Source: Patescibacteria group bacterium (GTDB lineage Bacteria > Patescibacteriota > Patescibacteriia > UBA2591 > UBA6264). From it: a DNA stretch of 5,718 bases. The position numbers and the translations under genes are program-made. Positions 1 to 5,323 of this stretch are shown in pieces; the stretch's first letter is position 1; every line of letters starts with the position of its first letter. Under the pieces are notes generated by a model. It did no database searches, was not told where the DNA came from, and was given only the letters and a program-made list of their open reading frames with translations. The stretch is taken from contig JAQTOB010000019.1 of the NCBI GenBank assembly GCA_028713575.1, positions 1-5,718 of the forward strand, given 5' to 3'.

Positions 1-59
1 ATTTGATAAAATAATAATTTATTTATAAAGTGAATCCTTTTTGTGAAACACTTTTTTTA

Positions 60-87
60 ATTTTAAAATTTAAAAATTAAAACGCAA
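60..87 (-). promoter_or_regulatory. promoter-like element pointing leftwards out of the window
   Basis: Minus strand: -35 TTGCGT (87..82), a 16-nt spacer, -10 TAAAAT (65..60). It has the same -35 hexamer and spacing as the nusA promoter. The downstream gene is not in the window, so this cannot be confirmed. Confidence 0.3.
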
Positions 88-131
88 AATGATAGATCAA
101 AATTAAAAATTTTACATTTTACATTTTTATT

Positions 132-151
132 CCTGCTTGCCGGCGGGCAGG
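132..151. terminator. GC-rich hairpin downstream of tig (possible terminator; strand ambiguous)
   Basis: CCTGCTTG-CCGG-CGGGCAGG. In plus sense this forms 8 pairs, two of them G-U wobbles. In minus sense only the outer 5 pairs survive (C-A mismatches). No clean U-run follows in minus sense (AAUAAAAAUG). Plus sense is followed by UUACGUCUUAAUUUUU. Confidence 0.3.
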
Positions 152-241
152 TTACGTCTTAATTTTTGCATTTTGAATTTACTCTAGTAGATTCAATCTA
201 TGCCCAATGCCCGTTATCTGTGTCTTGTGTCCCTTTTAAAA

Positions 242-1534
242 TTATGTTTTTAACCGGCCCTTTAGCCATTCAATAACTTTGCGATTGATAATCAAGTTTT
301 TAATGTATGCCCTTCCTCTTTCTGATTCAAGATTTTTTAGGGCTTGTTCCTGGTTTTGATAATTTTTTTTTAATTTTATCAATTCATCTTCAATTTCTTT
401 TTCTTCTGCTTCAAATTTTTCTTTTAAAGCGATTTCTCTGATGGCTAAAGCGGTTTTAATTCTTTTCTCCGCTTGAGGGAGAAATTCTTTTTTTAAATCT
501 TCCTCGGTTTTTTTAATCATCTTCAGATAGTCGTCAAACTTGAAAGAATTGCCGCCTTGTTCATTCTCAACGTTTTCTTGCAATTCAGCCAACATTTTAT
601 CCAATTCATGTTCAATTAAAACTTCGGGCAATTCTTCAAATTCAGAGATTTCAATCAATCGGTTTAAAATTTCTATCTCTTCTTTTTGTTCTTCTTGATA
701 TTTTTTTTCCGTTAATAAGTTTTCTTTTATTTTTTCTTTTAATTCAACAAGGGTTTTAAATGGTCCGATGTTTTTTGCAAATTCATCATCCAATTCGGGT
801 AAATCAATTTGATAAATATTTTTAATTTTTGCTTTAAAATCAATCTTTTTCCCCGCTAATTTTTTGTCATAATGATTAATCGGATAAGTAAAAGAAAATT
901 CTTTTTCTTCGTCCTTTTTTAATCCTTTCAAATTTTCTGAAAGCCCGGGCAAATATTGGTCTTGCCCGACGGTAAAATAAAAATCTTTGATTTGGCCGTT
1001 TTCTAAAGGAACCTTATCAACAAAAAGATTCAAGTCAATTTGAACTTTGTCTTTGTCTTTAATTTCCCTTTGAACCAAGGTTTCTTTCCCGCGCATTTGT
1101 CTGAGTTCATCAATAACCTTTTCTGCTTCTTCGTTTTCCACTTCTATTTTTTCATTTTTTTTGATTTTTATTTTTTGATAGTTTCCCAATTTGACTTGGG
1201 GCATTAAGGGAATGGTTAATTTAAAAACACAGGGGTTGAGTGGCGCCAATTTTTGTATTTCCACTTGAGGTGGGGCCGCTGGAATCATGTTTTTTATAAT
1301 CTCGGGATATTTTTCATTAATTGCCTTTTCCGCCCCTTGTTCTAAAATTTTCATTTCCCCGACTTCTTTTTTGATTAAGTCAATCGGCGCTTTTCCTGGC
1401 CGGAACCCGGGAATTTTGACCTCTTTGCCAAGTTCTTCCAATGCTTGTTGATAAAAAGGCTCCATTTCTTGAAATGACATTTCCACCAAAATTTCCGCTA
1501 AATTTTTAGGTAATTTTTTTGTTTGAATATTCAT
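242..1534 (-). CDS. tig: trigger factor (ribosome-associated chaperone, FKBP-type PPIase)
   Basis: The ORF-track protein has the trigger-factor ribosome-docking signature GFRPGKAP (GFRxGxxP), a central FKBP-like segment and a long K/E-rich helical C-terminal arm. Its length (~430 aa) is typical. The track start at 1555 is a TTG that would overlap hppA by 17 nt. The in-frame ATG at 1534 (MNIQTKKLPKN...) lies 4 nt after the hppA stop. It places the GFRxGxxP motif at residues 43-50, as I recall for E. coli TF, so I call 1534. Stop TAA at 242-244. Confidence 0.9.
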   Translation of the reverse strand: MNIQTKKLPKNLAEILVEMSFQEMEPFYQQALEELGKEVKIPGFRPGKAPIDLIKKEVGEMKILEQGAEKAINEKYPEIIKNMIPAAPPQVEIQKLAPLNPCVFKLTIPLMPQVKLGNYQKIKIKKNEKIEVENEEAEKVIDELRQMRGKETLVQREIKDKDKVQIDLNLFVDKVPLENGQIKDFYFTVGQDQYLPGLSENLKGLKKDEEKEFSFTYPINHYDKKLAGKKIDFKAKIKNIYQIDLPELDDEFAKNIGPFKTLVELKEKIKENLLTEKKYQEEQKEEIEILNRLIEISEFEELPEVLIEHELDKMLAELQENVENEQGGNSFKFDDYLKMIKKTEEDLKKEFLPQAEKRIKTALAIREIALKEKFEAEEKEIEDELIKLKKNYQNQEQALKNLESERGRAYIKNLIINRKVIEWLKGRLKT

Positions 1535-1538
1535 AGGT

Positions 1539-3497
1539 TTATAATAATGGAGCAATGATTAAAGCAATAATGGACATTAATTTGATTAAAATATTTAAAC
1601 TTGGTCCAGCCGTATCCTTAAATGGGTCGCCAACCATATCTCCAACAACAGATGCTTTGTGCGATTCAGACCCTTTTCCTCCGTGATTTCCCTCTTCAAT
1701 GTATTTTTTAGCATTATCCCAAGCGCCGCCGGCATTAGCCATCATAATAGCCAAAAGAAAACCGGTGATAATGGCGCCGTTTAAAAATCCTCCCAACGCT
1801 CCTTTGCCCAAGATAAAGCCGATTAAGACAGGAACCAAAACTGCCATTAGTCCGGGAAGAATCATTTTTTGTAAAGCTGAGGTCGTGGCGATTTTAACAC
1901 AACGGACATTATCGGGTTTTTCTTCGCCGTTTAACAGTCCTTTTGTTTCTCTAAATTGTCTTCTTACTTCTTGTACCATTTTTTCCGCGGCCTGACCTAC
2001 GGCCCGCATAGACAAAGAAGAGAACAAAAAGGGCATTAGTCCGCCAATAAAAAGACCAACCATAACCAATGGTTGATTAATATTTAAAACATCCATTCCA
2101 ACGATTTTGATATAACTTACGGAAAGAATAATTGCGGTTAAAGCGGCTGAACCAATGGCAAATCCTTTACCAACCGCGGCCGTAGTATTTCCAACCATGT
2201 CAAGTTGTTCCGCCCTTTTTCTTGTTTCTTCTCCCATTTTGGCCATTTCCGCAATTCCGGCGGCGTTATCGGCGACTGGTCCATAAGTGTCAGTGGCTAA
2301 AGTAATTCCCAAAGTAGAAAGCATGCCGATGGCCGCGATGCCAATGCCGTAAAAATCTGCCAGTTTATATGAAATCAAAAGAGCGGCACAAACAGTTAAA
2401 ACCGGGAACAATGTACTTTGCATTCCCAGCCCCAATCCAGAAATAATATTAGTGCCTGAACCGGTGTTTGAAGAAAGGGAGAGTTTCCTCGTGGGAGCGT
2501 ATTTATGCGAAGTGAAATATTCTGTAATAAAACCGATAATTAAACCAGCTAATAAGCCGGACATTAAAGCGCCAAAAATTTTTAATCCGGCAGATGATAA
2601 ATATCTTAAAATAAAAAATGAACCAATTACCATTAATCCGCTGGCAAGCCAAATACCCCTGTTTAAAATGAATTGAGGTCCGCCTTTTTTAGAATAGAAA
2701 ATAGACAAACCGCCAATCAAGCTTACAATAATACCCCAACAGCATAATATTAAAGGAATTATTATCGCCCATGAACCAAAAAAAGAAATCATTGTTATTC
2801 CTAAAACCATGCTAGCGATTAAAGAATCAACATAACTTTCAAATAAATCCGCGCCCATGCCGGCCACATCGCCCACATTGTCGCCAACATTATCAGCAAT
2901 AACCGCCGGATTGCGTGGGTCATCTTCGGGAATTCCAGTTTCAATCTTACCGACTAAGTCCGCGCCAACATCAGCCGCTTTGGTGTAAATACCTCCGCCG
3001 ACGCGAGCGAAAAGAGCGACCAAAGAAGCCCCGAACCCAAAACCGTAAATGATTTGCGGGTCATTAAAAATTAGATAAAAAATATTTACACCCAAAAGAC
3101 CAAGACAGGCAACGGATAGTCCCATGGTTAAGCCGGACTTAAAAGCGACTTTTAGTCCGGAAAGCAAATTTTTTTGCGTTTGGACAACGGTTTTAACATT
3201 GGCTGAAGTAGCGATGCGCATACCCGTGTATCCGGCAAAGGCGGAAAACAAAGCGCCGCAAATAAAAGCGATGGCCAGTTGCCAATTTATAAATATTATT
3301 AGTAAAACAGCGATTAAAAATATAAAAACGCCCAGAACCCCATATTCTTTTTTTAGAAAAGCCATGGCGCCATCTCTAATCATGGAAGAAATCTCATTGG
3401 CTTTTTTATTATCGGATTTTATATTTTTTATTTGTTTTGACAGAATTCCGACAATTAAAAGGCCGAATAACGAGATGAGCAAAGGTAGATAAATCAT
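1539..3497 (-). CDS. hppA: membrane-integral ion-translocating pyrophosphatase (M-PPase), K+-dependent type
   Basis: A 652-aa polytopic membrane protein with the full set of M-PPase hallmark motifs: [94 protein letters not shown] and [27 protein letters not shown] at 3497, TAA at 1539-1541. Confidence 0.95.
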   Translation of the reverse strand: MIYLPLLISLFGLLIVGILSKQIKNIKSDNKKANEISSMIRDGAMAFLKKEYGVLGVFIFLIAVLLIIFINWQLAIAFICGALFSAFAGYTGMRIATSANVKTVVQTQKNLLSGLKVAFKSGLTMGLSVACLGLLGVNIFYLIFNDPQIIYGFGFGASLVALFARVGGGIYTKAADVGADLVGKIETGIPEDDPRNPAVIADNVGDNVGDVAGMGADLFESYVDSLIASMVLGITMISFFGSWAIIIPLILCCWGIIVSLIGGLSIFYSKKGGPQFILNRGIWLASGLMVIGSFFILRYLSSAGLKIFGALMSGLLAGLIIGFITEYFTSHKYAPTRKLSLSSNTGSGTNIISGLGLGMQSTLFPVLTVCAALLISYKLADFYGIGIAAIGMLSTLGITLATDTYGPVADNAAGIAEMAKMGEETRKRAEQLDMVGNTTAAVGKGFAIGSAALTAIILSVSYIKIVGMDVLNINQPLVMVGLFIGGLMPFLFSSLSMRAVGQAAEKMVQEVRRQFRETKGLLNGEEKPDNVRCVKIATTSALQKMILPGLMAVLVPVLIGFILGKGALGGFLNGAIITGFLLAIMMANAGGAWDNAKKYIEEGNHGGKGSESHKASVVGDMVGDPFKDTAGPSLNILIKLMSIIALIIAPLL

Positions 3498-3501
3498 AAA
3501 A

Positions 3502-3600
3502 TTATTTTTCTTTTTCTTCGTTTTTTGCGGTTTTTTGCCATAAATCTTTAAAAATTTGAGTTAAATATAACGCAAAATTTTTAACTAGATTTATGAGCAT
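3502..3600 (-). CDS. hypothetical 32-aa small ORF immediately upstream of hppA (MLINLVKNFALYLTQIFKDLWQKTAKNEEKEK)
   Basis: My own translation of the minus strand. The ATG is at 3600..3598 and the TAA at 3504..3502, 4 nt before the hppA ATG. That is the same 4-nt junction seen between hppA and tig. There is no homology I recognise and no Shine-Dalgarno. A 32-codon open frame is not very improbable by chance, even in AT-rich DNA. Confidence 0.15.
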   Translation of the reverse strand: MLINLVKNFALYLTQIFKDLWQKTAKNEEKEK

Positions 3601-3710
3601 CCCGTAACTTTCTAATGAGGGATTTCCAAAATTACTAAAGTAAGCCGTAGGCGTATTTATTGAACATAATCCGTTTTAACCATAAACTCGGCCAAGAAAG
3701 TTACTGGGAT
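3599..3710 (-). promoter_or_regulatory. helix-closed structured element in the nusA-hppA spacer (candidate cis-regulatory leader, processing site, sRNA or MITE-like element; function unknown)
   Basis: 3599-3613 (ATCCCGTAACTTTCT) pairs with 3695-3710 (AGAAAGTTACTGGGAT): 15 Watson-Crick pairs with a single bulged base (T3705). The 81 nt enclosed can form small hairpins at 3632-3643, 3644-3652 and 3671-3691. The strand is assigned only from the flanking gene orientation. Confidence 0.35.
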
Positions 3711-3734
3711 TACTGTAAATTTAAATTACTCCAT

Positions 3735-5192
3735 TTATAATATCTTTTTTGTTTTAACTTTTCCCTTTTTTATTTTTTTCGCCGTTTCCGTTTTTTCCGT
3801 TTTTTCATCTTTTTTCTCCTTCTCGTTTTCTTCTTTTCCGTTTTCCGCGGCTTCCGCTACTTTTTCTGGCACAACCGGCACAATGGCCTCTTCCGGTTCT
3901 TTTATTTCTTCTTGGATGTCAATTTTCCAGCCAGTTAATTTGGCCGCCAATCTGACATTTTGTCCGTCTCGACCAATGGCTAAAGAAAGTTGATTGTTTT
4001 TGATTTTGGCGATGGCCATTTTTTCTTTTTCTTTTATTTCCAAAGAAGAAACCTTAGCCGGAGCTAAAGCATTGGCAATGAATTTTTCCGGATTTTCATC
4101 ATACTCAATAATATCTATTTTTTCTCCGCCAATTTCAGAAATAACGGTTTGAATTCTTACTCCTCTTTGGCCAATACAAGCGCCAATGGGGTCAATGTTT
4201 TCTTCTTTTGTCCAAACCGCTACTTTTGATCTGGCGCCTGCTTCGCGGGCAATAGCTTTTATTTCCACAACGCCATTAGCCACTTCGGGAATTTCTGATT
4301 TAAACAATTCTTTTAAAATTTCCGCATGACGGCGAGAAACAATAATTTCCGGCCCCTTTGATGTTTTTTCCACGGAAACGACATAAACCCTGATTTTTTG
4401 GTCTGGCCGATACCGTTCTTCCCTTACTTGTTCAGTCAAAGGAAGAATAGCGGAGATTTCCCCCAAGTCTATTAAGGTTATCTGCCTTTCTTGCCTTTGA
4501 ACAACCCCGTTAATCACCAAACCTTCTTGTTTTTTATATTTTTCATAAATAGTTTCTCTTTCCGCCTCTCTTAATCTTTGAATAATCACTTGTTTGGCGG
4601 TTTGGGCGGCAATGCGGCCGAAGTCAGCCGGCATTTCCAATTCTTGCCGAATAATATCTCCGACTTTAATTGTTTTTTTATTGCCAAATTTTGATTCTTT
4701 GGCTTCGGAAATTTGAATTTCAGTCCTCGGATTAAACCTTTTTTTCTCCGCTTCCTCAATGGATAATTCTGCCCCTTCGGCGGACAAGTCTGTTTCTTTT
4801 TGTTTTTCCGGCGGAAGAGTAGCAAATGTTTCTTCTTTCTCTTTATTGATTTTTTCTTCAATCTCTATTTTTTCATTTTTTTTGATTTCACGGCGGGTTG
4901 CCGATGAGATGATTTCGTTTTCTGCCCACTCTTCCTCTCCTTCTCCAAAAAATTTTTCTTCCTCAGGCAAATCGTCCACCACGGTTTTTTCATCAAATAT
5001 TTTCATTTGCCCAGTTTCCGGGTCAAATTCAACTTTAAGATTTTGCAGTTTATTACCGAAATCTTTGCGGTAAGCCGAAGCTAAGGCCTGTTCAATCGCT
5101 TCTAAAACTTGTTCTTTTGAAATCTTTTTTTCTTGACAAATTTGTTCAATCGCGGACAAAATAGTGCTTGCTTCGTTGGAATTTTTATTCAT
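3735..5192 (-). CDS. nusA: transcription termination/antitermination factor NusA (NTD-S1-KH1-KH2, no AR1/AR2 repeats)
   Basis: NusA hallmarks appear in the canonical order. The NTD helix is FGRIAAQTAKQVIIQRLREAERE. The S1 domain is GLVINGVVQRQERQ...IRVYVVSVEKTSKGPEIIVSR. KH1 is IDPIGACIGQRGVRIQ (GxxG) and KH2 is LSLAIGRDGQNVRLAAKLTGWKIDI. These resemble B. subtilis and E. coli NusA at residue level as I remember them. ATG at 5192, TAA at 3735-3737. Confidence 0.93.
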   Translation of the reverse strand: MNKNSNEASTILSAIEQICQEKKISKEQVLEAIEQALASAYRKDFGNKLQNLKVEFDPETGQMKIFDEKTVVDDLPEEEKFFGEGEEEWAENEIISSATRREIKKNEKIEIEEKINKEKEETFATLPPEKQKETDLSAEGAELSIEEAEKKRFNPRTEIQISEAKESKFGNKKTIKVGDIIRQELEMPADFGRIAAQTAKQVIIQRLREAERETIYEKYKKQEGLVINGVVQRQERQITLIDLGEISAILPLTEQVREERYRPDQKIRVYVVSVEKTSKGPEIIVSRRHAEILKELFKSEIPEVANGVVEIKAIAREAGARSKVAVWTKEENIDPIGACIGQRGVRIQTVISEIGGEKIDIIEYDENPEKFIANALAPAKVSSLEIKEKEKMAIAKIKNNQLSLAIGRDGQNVRLAAKLTGWKIDIQEEIKEPEEAIVPVVPEKVAEAAENGKEENEKEKKDEKTEKTETAKKIKKGKVKTKKIL

Positions 5193-5213
5193 ACATTTTT
5201 TTTAACAATTAAA

Positions 5214-5234
5214 CTAGCTTAAGTTTTAAGCTAG
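5214..5234 (-). promoter_or_regulatory. perfect 9-bp inverted repeat / hairpin at the predicted 5' end of the nusA leader
   Basis: CTAGCTTAA (5214-5222), GTT loop, TTAAGCTAG (5226-5234): 9/9 complementary. In minus sense the RNA is CUAGCUUAA-AAC-UUAAGCUAG followed by UUUAAUUGUU. The structure is certain from sequence. Its function (5' stabiliser, attenuator or operator) is not. Confidence 0.4.
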
Positions 5235-5241
5235 TGAGTAT

Positions 5242-5269
5242 ATTATATCAAATAAGAAAAAAAACGCAA
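5242..5269 (-). promoter_or_regulatory. sigma70-type promoter for nusA with extended -10
   Basis: Read on the minus strand: -35 TTGCGT (5269..5264), a 16-nt T-rich spacer, then TGaTATAAT, an extended -10 whose TATAAT is 5247..5242. The predicted TSS near 5235 gives a ~43-nt leader before the nusA ATG at 5192. AT-rich DNA throws up many -10 look-alikes. This one combines a perfect -10, the TG extension, good spacing and the right position. Confidence 0.5.
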
Positions 5270-5280
5270 GCCTTGGAGCC

Positions 5281-5310
5281 CTGGGTCTGGGGTCTGGGTC
5301 TGGGGTCTGA
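5281..5310 (+). repeat. G-rich tandem repeat (13-mer CTGGGTCTGGGGT x2 plus partial copy) forming a canonical G-quadruplex motif
   Basis: 5281-5293 and 5294-5306 are identical 13-mers, and 5307-5310 (CTGA) starts a third. The G-tracts are 5283-5285, 5289-5292, 5296-5298 and 5302-5305, separated by three TCT loops. Confidence 0.9.
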
Positions 5311-5323
5311 CCCCATTAAGAGG

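Noticed and set aside
110-129. Tandem TTTTACA TTTTACA TTTTTA repeat.
   Set aside because: It is a very short, low-complexity AT-rich duplication of the kind produced by slippage. It has no associated structure or positional logic that I can defend.
200-231. Adjacent 7-nt-period duplications just after the tig stop: ATGCCC at 200-205 and 207-212, and TGTGTC at 219-224 and 226-231. The TAGATT-C-AATCTA palindrome at 188-200 is included.
   Set aside because: They are real in the sequence but only two copies of 6-mers each. The palindrome has a 1-nt spacer and so cannot form a stable full-length RNA hairpin. This is not enough to call a binding site or an RNA element.
1535-1555. Track-suggested tig start at 1555, implying a 17-nt hppA/tig overlap.
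   Set aside because: The codon at 1555 is TTG, and the added residues (LHYYKP) have no counterpart in trigger factors. The ATG at 1534 restores the canonical position of the GFRxGxxP motif and gives a clean 4-nt junction.
1699-1995. 98-aa plus-strand ORF antisense to hppA. The same reasoning covers the 74-aa ORF at 2452..2676 and the 122-aa ORF at 3124..3492.
   Set aside because: All three lie entirely inside the very well supported hppA CDS on the opposite strand. They have low-complexity, Pro/Ala/Ile/Lys-rich translations with no recognisable motifs. Long antisense frames are expected opposite a comparatively G+C-rich, codon-biased membrane-protein gene.
3548-3575. Separate hppA promoter using TTGCGT (3575..3570) as the -35.
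   Set aside because: At 16-19 nt spacing the only -10 candidates are TTTTAA, TTTAAA, TTAAAG and TAAAGA, which are indistinguishable from background in this AT-rich DNA. It is kept only as part of the recurrent-motif observation.
3612-3643. Hammerhead-ribozyme-like arrangement in plus sense: helix arm, then CUAAUGAG, then a short GG..CC stem, then AAAA, then a UUAC/GUAA stem.
   Set aside because: The core would need CUGAUGA and GAAA. Here both invariant guanines (G5 and G12) are adenines, the stem III closing pair is missing, and the stem I 3' arm is about 50 nt away rather than adjacent to a cleavage site. The resemblance is most likely chance.
3498-3734. Possible tRNA, tmRNA, SRP (4.5S) RNA or T-box in the long spacer.
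   Set aside because: There is no T-loop GTTCRANNC, no cloverleaf geometry, no SRP domain IV GGAA/AGCA motif and no T-box consensus. The size and helix pattern do not fit any of them.
4586-4861. 91-aa same-strand, alternate-frame ORF inside nusA (very K/R-rich). The 104-aa antisense ORF at 4759..5073 (Ser-rich) is rejected with it.
   Set aside because: Both overlap the GAA/AAA-rich insertion region of nusA, where out-of-frame and antisense readings naturally give poly-K or poly-S/F strings without stops. There are no motifs and no independent start context.
5281-5310. G-rich repeat as a CRISPR array or telomere-like repeat.
   Set aside because: The units are 13 nt, directly abutting with no spacers, and number only about 2.3 copies. 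There are no cas genes. The context is an internal chromosomal spacer.
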